A DNA stretch of 64,000 nt from Octopus vulgaris. Lineage: Eukaryota. Of the stretch, positions 52,565 through 64,000 are shown piece by piece. The position numbers and the translations under genes were made by a program. The stretch spans positions 64,728,001 to 64,792,000 of the forward strand of contig OX597818.1 of NCBI GenBank assembly GCA_951406725.2, given 5' to 3'. The notes under the pieces are model-generated. The model was given only the letters and a program-made list of their open reading frames with translations. It had not been told where the DNA came from and searched no databases. Within the stretch, counting starts at the first letter, position 1. Every line of letters starts with the position of its first letter.

Positions 52565-52655
<91 letters not shown>

Positions 52656-52687
52656 TTTATTTAAAGCAGCAGAAAATTCAACAAAAC

Positions 52688-52725
52688 CTGTTACTCTGAG
52701 TTTCCCGTTGCCGTTCATCGGACAG
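52688..52725 (-). ncRNA. Minimal hammerhead-like motif, CCGAUGA core
   Basis: CTGT-CCGATGA-ACG-GCAA-CGG-GAAA-CTCAGAG-TA-ACAG; same family as 24573-24796. Confidence 0.65.
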
Positions 52726-53899
52726 TTTTTGCTAGAATGGAACCAATATGTCAATTCTATCCAGACTATTACAAGCGCTACACCTTTAAAAAATGGACTT
52801 GTTTGATTGGCCCTTTAGAAATAACGGTCAATATTCGAGCGAAAAACAAAAATGAGCTCAAAAATATATATACGTATGTACATAAAAATTATAAATATAA
52901 AATTCGAGGAAAAACCTTACATTGAATAAAATACATATTGACCTTAATGAAGGAAATATAATTAATACATGGAAATTAAAATGCATTAAAAATATTACAC
53001 TGCAATACATATTCCTGGTAAAGTATACATATATATATATCAACATACACAGAAAGATGCGTGAAAACGCCATACATATACAGACGTATAAATATAAAGC
53101 TAAAATATACACACAAATGCATGTATACATATGTATACGCAATCTAGTTCGCACGCAAGCTAAAATCATAGATGTTAACGTAGAGTTCTTATTTACGAAG
53201 CAAAGCTTAAGTGAGGGGGGACGTATAGTTAGAGAAAAAAACGAAAGAAAGGAAGAAGGAGGAAGGAAAAAAAGAAAAAGGAGGGTAGGGAAAAACGAAA
53301 TAAGAAAAATTATGTATACAAGCTGTGTAACCACGTTATTGACATATATATAGAGACAAGTATACAAACACACAAGTTCAAGTGGATATATACACATACA
53401 GTCGTGTATGTGTGTGCTTAAGCACAAACATACGCTCGCGTACACATACACAGAGACGCATGCTTACAAATACATATTCGTGGCTATAACCATATTTACA
53501 TCAAAATTCTAATTTTTGACAACATTGCTTTTTTAAAAAAAATAGTTAGTGTAATAATGAATATTATACGAAAGACATGTAAAATATAACACCCTATTTC
53601 GGATCATCTATAAATTAAAAATCAAAGTAAGCATATACAATATAATAACATGAAATAAACTAAGCCGAAGGTTTTTCCTAAGGAATATGTAGAAATATAA
53701 ACAAAATAAACAAAATATATGCATGAGACTTTGCTATACGGAATGAAATCTGCATAGCGGGAAACAAATCCATCGTTGCGTTTACATACTAGTCCAAGAA
53801 TCAAAATCAAAATTTCAAAAATCAAAAATACAAAAAGACAAAATATATACTCTATCCATATGGTATATTTATGTTTGATATTTTAAATTTGTTTGCGTG

Positions 53900-54290
53900 T
53901 CTGCATAAGTTCATCAGTAATTTATAGAGCCAAGGTACAAATAAAAGGCTCATCGGAATACAAGACATATACAGGGGCTTCAGAAAATTCGTTTAAAACG
54001 CGATTTTATTCGCATAAAAATTCATTTAGATACCCAGAAAATAGGAAGAGGACCAGCCTAGCAAAATATGTCTGGGAACTAAAAGAAAAGGAAACCCCAC
54101 CATTCAACATGACATGGAGCATTCTGGACAGAGCGGCACCATACAGGCATGGAGCACACATGAATAATTTTAAATGCAATCTTTGCCTGTCAGAAAAACT
54201 TTATATTTTATTCAAAGACAATAATTCTTTGAATCAAAGAAGTGAGCTGATGAACTTATGCAGGCACGCAACCAAATTTAAAATGAGATC
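53900..54290 (+). pseudogene. Penelope-like GIY-YIG endonuclease fragment (Naiad-like C-terminus)
   Basis: VIYRAKV..KTYTGASENSFKTRFYSHKNSF...TSLAKYVWELK...WSIL...CNLCLSEKLYIL..LNQRSELMNLCRH; frame open until the (TTA)n array. Confidence 0.88.
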
Positions 54291-54304
54291 ACCATTATTA
54301 TTAT

Positions 54305-54458
<154 letters not shown>

Positions 54459-54469
54459 GTTATTATTAT

Positions 54470-55185
54470 CTTTGCACAGCTTCTAACGCAGGAGATGTAC
54501 TACAGTGTCATCTGTTCACTACCAGTGAACTAAGGTAACACCTCTTAATTTTCGAGCACCTACTGTAGTATTCGAGCGGTTCCAAGAAGTGCTGTTTTCT
54601 GCAAGTGCTCCACCCTTATTGCAGCCCCTATTTGTTCCACGTACTTCTCGAGATTTTTGCACACATTTCCCAGGACTCCGACAATTATTGGTACTACTGC
54701 TACCTTTCTCATCGACCACAACAGCTTAACTTCCCAAGCTAACCTGTCATATCTCTCGACTTTTCCTTCCTTCCTTATCGCATACCTTGTCAGCTGGGCA
54801 TGCTATATCTATGATCCAGCATAGTTTGTTTTCTTTCTCCATTAAGACAATGTCCAGCTTCCTATTCTCTATCTCATGGTCGCACTGAATCATAAAATCC
54901 CATAGGATCTTTGCATTTTTATCTTTGATGATGCCTTCGTGTTTGTTGTTGTACCAGGTTTTTGCACTGTCGAGTTCATATTTGTTCACATGTTTCAAAG
55001 TGCCCAATGAACAAGCCTGTGTATATTGTCGTGGCGTCTGTTATATTCCTTCAGGTCTGTTATATTCCTTCAGGCTGGTTTTATGCCATAGGGTTTCACC
55101 ATTTTTTCCACAGATTCTGCACTTATTACTTTCTACTGTGTTGTCAATTCTGTATTTTATGTAGTTTATTCTTAGTGCTTCCTCA
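54470..55185 (-). mobile_element. R4/Dong-type LINE 3' fragment between (TTA)n arrays
   Basis: KILWDFMIQCDHEIENRKLDIVL...IIDIACPAD; LQKTALLGTARIL; its 3' end runs into TAA on the coding strand. Confidence 0.88.
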
Positions 55186-55930
55186 TCTTCTTCTTATTAT
55201 TGTTGTTGTTGCTGTTATTATTGTTGTTGTTATTATTATTGTTATTATTATTATTTTGTTGTTATTGTTGCTGTTATTATTATTGCTGTTGTTGTTTCTT
55301 TTCGTTGTTATCATCATTATCATCATCATCAGAAGTAGAACTAGTAGTCGTAGTTACAATGATAATGGCAGTAAGAATACCAACGATGATGGGACATGTA
55401 GCCCAGAGTGGGGAGGCATAAGGTTTTTGATTCGAAGATTCACCAACAAATATGAAAACGTAGCAATATACGCCATAATTGCATCGCAAGTGGTAAACGT
55501 CTGGCAAAATGTAAATTGAAGATATATTTTATTCGTGGTGCGTTTGTTGGAAGATGGAGATGTAAATAAGGACACTATTACCACCTGTTTCTCACACAAT
55601 TCTCTTTTATATACAGAATATAAATTCAGTCCCTTAACAAAATGTAACATTTGCAACATTCTAGCGACGTTGCGTCATTTCTCATAATCGCTGGCAAGAT
55701 GAAAGCATGCATAAATAGTCGTATATAAGCTTAGCTCATAAACACGTTTGTAAATATCTGCATCACTGCATGAAAAACTACTGTTATAATGTTAGGGAAA
55801 TAACTCACAACACATACCAGATTTTAAGTCTAGCCGAATCATGCCTAAGTTATCTACGGATCATACCTAAAATATTTACTAAGTTTTTAAAGTTTTAACG
55901 AAATTATTTTCAGAGATTATGTTCATAGAT

Positions 55931-56340
55931 AGGCGCAGGAGTGGCTGTGTGGTAAGTAAATTGCTTACCAACCACATGGTTCAGGGTTCAGTCCCACTGC
56001 GTGGCACCTTGGGCAAGTGTCTTATACTATAGCCTCAGTCCGAACAATGACTTGTGAGTTGATTTGGTAGACGGAAAATGAAAGAAGCCCGTCGTGTATA
56101 CGTATATGTGTGTTTGTGTGCATGTGTTTGTGTGTCTGTGTTTGTACCCCAACATCGCTTGACAACCGATGCTTGCGTGTTTACTAACCCGTAACTTATC
56201 GGTTCGGCAAAATGGACCGATAGAATAAGTACTAGGCTTACAAAGCGTAAGTCCTTGGGTCGATTTGCTCGACTAAAGGCGGTACTCCAGCATGGCTGCA
56301 ATCAAATGACTGAAACAAGTAAAAGAATAAAAGAATAAAG
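55931..56340 (+). mobile_element. SINE family B, full length
   Basis: GGCGCAGGAGTGGCTGTGTGG head, GGGTTCAGTCCC B-box-like, CCTTGGGCAAGTG CORE-like motif, internal (GT) tract, (AAAAGAAT)n tail. Confidence 0.92.
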
Positions 56341-56736
56341 ATTCCAACACAGATCCGTGAACTATATATTAGTTAAAACTTGGATTAACTAAGAAGATAG
56401 TCTGTCTTACTCCGCACAAGAACAAGCAATGAATCGAGTAAGTATGTTATACCTGCTTATAGTGACACTTTTAGAAACGCCCATCAGTGGTAGGTCAATT
56501 CTTGCAAACTTTATCAAGCGACTCGGCCGGCAATTCAAATAGCTTTCGTTTTCTGATCGTGTATGAAGCAAATTTGACGTTGCATAATAATGTTACAAAT
56601 CGTCGCTTGTAGCAGCATTAAGCAGTATGAAGTTACAAGGCGTTACAGCTAACACTACTTACTCAGGTTGTGAGTAAAAGACCACGCAAGATCCCAAGAC
56701 GATGTTTGCAGTTCTTTCAAAACAAATAACTTTATA

Positions 56737-57040
56737 TCTTTATATATAAAACTGAAGTTGTGTGAGAGTCTGTCTCCTCCGATTTAGATTCCTAACTACT
56801 CCCATATTTTGCGGTGCAGTCTAAGCGAAAGCGGGTACCTTATAGTCGTGATTCATATCGAGCCCTTCTGGGTATTAGCGCGCGTCTACAATGAGTCTAC
56901 GATTTTAAAAAGTATGTACCATCATTTTTTCGGATTTTTAATGCATTTTTGCTCGGTTTATATAAGGGAAGTAACTCTCTAAAAATGCTTATATAGTTAT
57001 TTCCCTTACAAACCCGAGCAACGCCGGGCGATACTGCTAG
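56737..57040 (+). mobile_element. Non-autonomous Helitron
   Basis: 5' A|TCTTTATATATAAA; 3' hairpin CCCGAGCAACGCCGGG followed after 8 nt by CTAG. Confidence 0.85.
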
Positions 57041-57149
57041 CACTTTATACATCGAAAGAAAGTTTTCAAGCTATAGTCCATAATGAGATCGTGTATAATA
57101 GAATGAACTGTAGAAGCGCAAGCATTTCGTATTTGTAACTGGTAACGCA

Positions 57150-57210
<61 letters not shown>

Positions 57211-57376
57211 ATTTTCAAGGAAAAATCGTTAGAAATAGTTACCAGGGTAACCATATATCACATAAGCAATAAAGTTATTAGTTATTACAGGTATACGGGT
57301 GAAATGTGTTTTGGAGGACATAAGGGAAATGGAAAATAGAGACACACACACAATATGGTATTTAAATCTTTTATAT

Positions 57377-57461
57377 CACCGACATATAGGTTTCGAGGTA
57401 TACCTTAAAACTGAACCTGGAGGAAAATGAAATGGAATAACGTATGAATCTCACTAGGGTG
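57377..57461 (-). ncRNA. Degenerate hammerhead-like motif
   Basis: CACC-CTAGTGA-GA..ATAC..GTAT..TC-GAAA-CCTATATG-TC-GGTG; helix I intact, core mutated. Confidence 0.45.
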
Positions 57462-57833
57462 GAGATTATAACTAACAGTGTTCATTATGAAGTCCCGTTT
57501 ACAAATGTAAGAAATTATAGTATATAAAAACAAAAGGTGGGTGGAGAACAGTAGTATTTTTTAAGAAAGAGAAGGAAGAAAGAAAATTCAGTAAGAAGTG
57601 GAGGAGCGAGTAAATAGAAAAAATAAACGACATAGAATGAATGTTTCTAGAGGTGAATAATTAAATCTGTAACGAATTCGCACATACACACACATATCTC
57701 TTTCACTTGCACTCTCTTGTCTTAGAAAGAACTTTTTCTTCACCCATTCCCTTCGGTTCATTTCAAAATGTAAGCACGCGTGCATCGTTGGAGATTTTCT
57801 TACCCTGTGTTCCCTTCTTTCGGACTTACCTCT

Positions 57834-57868
57834 ATTTCTAAAGAAGAGCTTTGCTCGAAACATTAAAT
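57834..57868 (+). ncRNA. Degenerate hammerhead-like motif (8-nt core type)
   Basis: ATTT-CTAAAGAA-GAGC-TTT-GCTC-GAAA-CAT-T-AAAT. Confidence 0.45.
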
Positions 57869-58340
57869 CCTCTTTCTTTCGTTTCCTGAGCGTCTGGTAA
57901 TACACTACTTGTGCCACGTCCTCACGTTGTTGTTTTTACTTGTTTTGTTCTTCTTTGTTTGGATTCACTGTATAAATATGTATTTGTGTATATATATATA
58001 TATATATATATACATATATATTATATATATATATATATATATATTAATATATATATGTATATATACATATATATATATTCATATATACATATATATATAC
58101 ACGTATATATATGTATGTATATGTATACATACATACATAAATACATATATATATGTATGTATATATATGTATATATATATATATATATATATGTATTTAT
58201 GTATGTATACATATACATACATACATATATATATATATATAAATATATATAGGCTCATATCTACGATTGTGTTGTAAAGTGAGGAACGGCACTAAATTTG
58301 AATGGAGGTGAACGAACCGCCCGTATTGTACTGTATTCAA

Positions 58341-58655
58341 TATCACCGTGATCACCGTGACCGACCAGGCTATCAGATGTTGCTACACATCGCTGGTCAC
58401 AATGCGCTTCGCATTGTTTTAGCCTTCAAATGACATCACCCCGTTGGCTAAGCGAGCAGGCCAACAGAAGAAAGAATGAGAGAAAATTGTGGCGAAAGAG
58501 TACAGCAGGGATCACCACCATCCCCCTGCCGGAGACCCGTGGAGCTTTAGGTGTTTTCGCTCAATAAACACTCACAACACCCGGTCTGGGAATCGAAACC
58601 GCGATCCTACGACCGCGAGTCCGCTGCCCTAACCACTAGGCCATTGTGCCCCCAC
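58341..58655 (-). mobile_element. tRNA-derived SINE family C (tail type 4)
   Basis: Well-preserved head GGCACAATGGCCTAGTGGTTAGGGCAGCGGACTCGCGGTCG..GGTTTCGATTCCC; distinct tail ending (TCACGGTGA)2. Confidence 0.88.
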
Positions 58656-59447
58656 GTATAAGCTTAAAAAGGCAAACAAAATTTATTCGATGTAATTTGG
58701 ATATGCACAGTTCTTTTAGAGAGTTACTGTATTTCGAATCGCGCTTAAGTCCAGATTTCGATTTATTAAAACCAAATACTATCGTACTTTTACTTGTTGT
58801 CATAGCATGTAAGTCTTATCGTATTTAGCATTCTGTGCAATCAAGTATTCCACTGTATGTTTGTGTGTTTCGTAATTTCTTTAGCAAATAACTTTGAAAT
58901 CTATGTTGATAAAGTGCTTCAGCTAAGGCACGAGCCTGAATAGACATCATTATCTATGTATTATACTAAAGTGTTAACGGTGAGTTCCTGTGGTGTAAGC
59001 AATCTGTCACGCTGTGGAAATGGCTTGGAATAAGTATGTACGCCATAAAGAGTTTAAATGAATGTCTGCGTATATGTGTGTGTGTTTAAGAAAGGGAGAG
59101 AGAGATGAATTTTCTAGCACATCATTCATATACACTGAGCGGGGCGCTGTTACTGCGTACAAATACTAACACGAAGAGGGAAATTAGGTGGGTGTATATG
59201 TATGTGGATGGCGATCAGAGATTTATGTATACAAGCCATTAACGATTTGCATTTGGAGGAACTTAAAGATAACTTTTCAGTCAGGAAAATATTGTTCATA
59301 CTGGATTCGTAAATGTGTTAGCAATTCCATTTGGTTGGTTTCTGTCATTTGTCTCGTATGATTTTATTTATTGGGTTGTGAATTTTTTAATTACATAAAC
59401 CCACACACACACAGACACACATATATGAGTGTGTGTGCCTGTGTCTA

Positions 59448-59489
<42 letters not shown>

Positions 59490-59496
59490 TATGTAT

Positions 59497-59537
<41 letters not shown>

Positions 59538-60189
59538 TCAAGTCTACCTTTAATTCTTGGTCGTTGTTTCTGATTAAACTGTGGACAGTCTACGAAGCCA
59601 GCTAATTTCTATAAAAATAGATATCAATCATGGACTATACTAATACCTATATTAGATTAACTATATTATATTATCATGCCAAACTGTCGATTAACTCTTA
59701 CTTTTTCATAGATTAACCGAGACTTCTCCTTCGGCTTTTCGCTATTCACGAATTTAATCCAAAGTATTTGCATATTACGTCCTCACATTAACGCGCTTTA
59801 GGTACATCAGCATGTTAACACTTTCGACGAGGCATTTCATTTTGTCGCTGCACAATAACTCAACCCGTAATACATTTCATTGAAAATTTTGTAAAATTCT
59901 ATATTTTCTTCATCTATAATTCCTCTCGTACAAAGAATGTACCACATCCTCTCTGCAAGATAAATTTCTTAATAGGCTCTAAGTTTGGTACAGGAGAGCA
60001 GTTCTAACGAAGATGTGAAGTCGATTATATTGACTCACATGCTTAAGTAATACATACTTCAGCAATCTTAAAAGCATGAATTACAAAACCGACCTCGGCA
60101 CCATTTGAACTCAGAACGTAAAAGTGAGAAATATTTGCAACTACTTAATGAATGTATTTCGTTTTTGGATTTGGTTGGCAAGATTATTT

Positions 60190-60485
60190 ATATGAGTTCG
60201 TGTGTTGAAGCATATTCTGCTGTGTCTGGGGAAAGTCATTTTCTTTTTGTGCCTTATAATGTAACACACTCACCGGTAAAATTTCCACTTTTTTATTATT
60301 TTTATTTTCCTAAAAGTTTTGCTGCGTCTTGCAACGTTTTCAACAGTCATGACTATTGAAATTTTTGCAAGATGTAACGAAAGTTTTAGGAAAATAAAAA
60401 TAAGAAAAAAGTGGAAATTTTACCGGTGTGTGTGTTAAATGATAAGGTACAGAAAGAAAGTGACTCTCCCCAGACACAACAGAAT
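60190..60485. mobile_element. Palindromic foldback element with HHR-like motifs near the centre (copy 2)
   Basis: ~135-bp arms around CAGTCATGACTA; same family as 25888-26153 with the unique extension on the opposite side. Confidence 0.85.
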
Positions 60486-61040
60486 TAGTGAATATAGTTT
60501 CATGAATATTACTTGAAATGTTCGTAAAATATATCTTATGTATTCCAATCTGAAGAACAGTGAAGATTTGAAGAATCATATATATCAAGAAAATATACTG
60601 CTCTCTACTTTAAAACTGTATTCATTATTGTAAGTTTGTCCAACTTTGTCGACGATGACTTGAGACATCACACAGGAGAGGACATAGTGTCCAGATGTCG
60701 TAATTCGGTCAGATGTATGTTCATAGCCTTCTGCTGCAGGTGTGACTCTTATCGTCTGCAGGGACTGAAAAGAAGGAGTTGGTTATTGACAACCACAGTT
60801 TGCACTTTATGTGTGGCCAGGCAATGCGGTTTTGTTTGCAGGAGGTGGCGGTCACTACAGTCCATTCATAGCATCGTGTAATGTGTCTCGTTCTTTAGAA
60901 GTAATTGCAACGAAACTAATTCCGTAAATATATACAAGTCAAAATTACAATGGCTTCAGGCAGAATAAGGAAACTTGCATATGAGCGCACAATTGCATGC
61001 ATACATAAATACATACATGAAATCATACATACATACATAC

Positions 61041-61094
<54 letters not shown>

Positions 61095-61331
61095 GCACAC
61101 AAACATACATACATGCATGGATACATACAAATGTACGGAAACACATAACAAATATATATTTGTGCTTGCATGGGCATATATCTATATCTGTCAATATATA
61201 TATAATGTATATATATATTGTTGTATTTAGGGATGGTTATGTTGCCAGTTTAGCCAATAAAAACACATGCACTATAGATTTGGTGATAATTTGCTTCAGC
61301 TTTATTATATTTTTTACATTAATCCTATTTC

Positions 61332-61374
61332 GGCCAGTTATTTCGTCACACTTATGTGACCTCATCAGTGGTCC
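61332..61374 (-). ncRNA. Hammerhead-like motif inside a ~220-bp insert (61217-61437) in (TA)n
   Basis: GGACCA-CTGATGA-G-GTCACA-TAAG-TGTGAC-GAAA-TAAC-TGGCC; U16.1 apparently mutated. Confidence 0.6.
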
Positions 61375-61435
61375 TTTCCTTTCTTCGTTCTTATTTACGT
61401 GTCTCTCCTTACAAACGATCAGCCATTTTGTATTT

Positions 61436-61559
<124 letters not shown>

Positions 61560-62412
61560 TAGATATATACATATATAGATATGCATATACACAAACATAC
61601 ACATGATCGTATGGAAGTAATCAGCAAAAGCTAAAAGACTTATGTAACAAAACTGATGGGAGTTAGAAAAGGGAAACTAACAAGAATCCTACGGTGGTGC
61701 CGACTGAAATGTATAAACATATCTACAGAGGATGATTGAAAAAATAACGATAAATAATCACCAGATATCACATGAGACATCTTTCCAAATTATAGGTACT
61801 TGTGTAAACGAAATGTTCGTTGTGTTTCATCTCATTAAGCGAAGCATTTTCTATAGGTGGAGATTTTTTCGTCAGCAATCTGTTCGCCGAAGACCGACCT
61901 GGAGGTAAATGACTTCAAGATGCTAAATCCCTGAACGGTAACCAAAATAAACCTCACTGCACTCATCATGGGAAAGAATTACTAGATAAAGCCGTTAGTT
62001 ACAAAGCGACATCCTAATCCCTAAGCAACGGAGACTGTTGTAGCAGCAAATTAAGAAATCAAACATCCAAGATGCCCTCGCGGTTATACACGATTGTTGC
62101 AGTAGACAGTCGTACAGAACTTGTTGTATCTGCCAACAGCTAACACGAAACTTCCAGATAATTTCTCGTTTAGTGTTTTCAGAAAGCAATAAACGAGTAT
62201 GAAGTACGTGTACGGTCTGTAAATATATTCCTTTCGCGTTTGTATTTTTAAGTAAATGCCCCACAGATGTTATTTAAGAAGCTGTCCCGTCAGAGAATAT
62301 TTTCAAAAACTATATTTGCTATACATACTCAGTGTCTTCTGCATAATATTAGCCACTACACACATATTTTTTCTCTCCTTGTTTCTCTCCTTGTTTTTTT
62401 TTTTCTGTATCC

Positions 62413-62448
62413 CTTTCTGTAGAAGAGTGTAGGCTCGAAACGTAAAAG
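62413..62448 (+). ncRNA. Hammerhead-like motif (8-nt core type)
   Basis: CTTT-CTGTAGAA-GAG-TGTAGG-CTC-GAAA-CG-TA-AAAG; palindromic ACGU helix III. Confidence 0.5.
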
Positions 62449-62533
62449 ACTTTTTCTATTCGTTAGCGTTATACTAATACATGTGTTTGCTTTGTATACC
62501 ACCTGTCTTCGTCTTTTTTTTCGTAAACTCTCC

Positions 62534-62593
<60 letters not shown>

Positions 62594-63058
62594 GGGTGTG
62601 TGTGTGATTGTGTATAGAAGAATATATTAATAAAAAGAATTCCAACCTTGTCTGATTTTCACGTTTTATTTACAATCTTATAATGATATATTATAAGATA
62701 ATATATTATAATTGAATAAAATAAAATGAAATAGTAGAATGTTAAATATTCATTCTGATTGAACTAGTACTTTCATGCATTGAATTCTGCAATCTTCGGG
62801 TTCATGTAGTAGTGTTGACAGTCATGCTTCGACTGTCAACACTACTACATGAACCCGAAGATTGCAGAATTCAATGCATGAAAGTACTAGTTCAATCAGA
62901 ATGAATATTTAACATTCTACTATTTCATTTTATTTTATTCAATTATAATATATTATCTTATAATATATCATTATAAGATTGTAAATAAAACGTGAAAATC
63001 AGACAAGGTTGGAATTCTTTTTATTAATATATTCTTCTATACACAATCACACACACCC
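62594..63058. repeat. Near-perfect long palindrome (~230-bp arms, 7-nt spacer) with mirrored HHR motifs
   Basis: 62594-62823 is the inverse of 62831-63058 apart from one TG unit; spacer ATGCTTC; bounded by (TA)n. Confidence 0.95.
62850..62894 (+). ncRNA. Minimal hammerhead-like motif, CCGAAGA core (mirror copy 62760-62804 on minus)
   Basis: TGAAC-CCGAAGA-TTGCA-GAATTCAA-TGCAT-GAAA-GTAC-TA-GTTCA; helix I 5 bp, palindromic AGUACU helix III, CUA triplet. Confidence 0.7.
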
Positions 63059-63061
63059 ATA

Positions 63062-63095
<34 letters not shown>

Positions 63096-63111
63096 TATGT
63101 GTATATATATA

Positions 63112-63152
<41 letters not shown>

Positions 63153-64000
63153 GTATATATCAAAGGTAAAACAGCACAGCAGACGGAAATCTTCAAAACA
63201 TAAAAGCAGGCAAACGACGGTAGCACAACGGCAAACAGGACAAAACCAGTTCGGCCAAGGGCTTAAGCTGAAGGCATTAAGACCCTGAGCAAGTCACACG
63301 AATGTACATATACATAAACAAGATCCGTTGACTTAGAGTCAGAAACAACCATCTAAGGGATAAAAGTATCCAAAATACTACAGGTATGTTATCTATATCG
63401 AATCGTGGGCAAACAGAAGGAAAATGAATTTTATAAAAAAATGGAGATCCTACCTTGAGTTTGTAAATACATGGTGTTACTCTAGTGTTACTACTTGCTG
63501 AACTGTATCAAGATTTTATGCGCGATTGACAATTGAGTGTGCACTCTATTTTATTTTCTTCTGTTTATTTGTTTTTTATTCATCATGTTCTATCTCTTCT
63601 AATTTGTTTTTTTATTAGTACTTTTGTTTCTTTCTACTTTATTTCTCTTGAAAAATAAAACAAAGAAGTCCTGTTCTCCTTTGTTTCTATACATAACTTC
63701 ACGGTACTCTGGCCGTGCTGTTTCATATTATATTACAGGGAAAATTGAAAATAAAAAATTAATTAATAAAAGGAAGAGACAAGAAAAACATAAGGTAAGG
63801 TTTTATATGATGAGAGTCATGTCATGTTGCGCGTAGAGGCATTGGACGATAAGGAAAGGAACAAACTTTAAAATAAATGGGGTATTTGGTGGGACACCAC
63901 TATGTAAAAAGGCGGCATAAGTTAGAAAAATAATAGCTATGTACGCAAATAGGATTGGTCAAAGGAAGAGCAAAAATACAATAAGGTTTTAGTAATAATT

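Noticed and set aside
60636-60900. Cys-rich segment suggestive of a gag zinc knuckle on the minus strand
   Set aside because: Requires several frameshifts; motif incomplete

Overview
AT-rich, microsatellite-dense eukaryotic DNA with no recognisable host protein-coding exon (intergenic or deep intronic). The repeat content most resembles an octopus/cephalopod genome; this is inferred from the SINE families, not verified. Almost all non-microsatellite sequence is transposon-derived. It includes at least four tRNA-derived SINE families, CR1-group LINE 3' fragments in (TA)n, and a cluster of R4/Dong-type restriction-like-endonuclease LINE fragments in (TAA)n. There are also two decayed Penelope-like (PLE) coding remnants (RT+GIY-YIG), an RTE 3' end, two decayed Tc1/mariner transposases, several MITEs and a non-autonomous Helitron. 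The main hidden signal, read by eye, is about 20 minimal type-I hammerhead-ribozyme (HHR)-like motifs in about 10 unrelated short non-coding element families. Most sit in or beside (TA)n tracts, and many have a self-complementary helix III (dimer-type) and non-canonical cores (U3-A8, U4C, extra nt after A9). Several form head-to-head palindromes with an HHR on each strand facing outward, including a near-perfect ~230-bp-arm palindrome at 62.6-63.1 kb. One is fused to a tRNA-like Pol III head (22.25-22.67 kb). This points to a diverse set of non-autonomous, probably PLE-mobilised ribozyme retroelements. Most ORFs in the supplied track are microsatellite artefacts.
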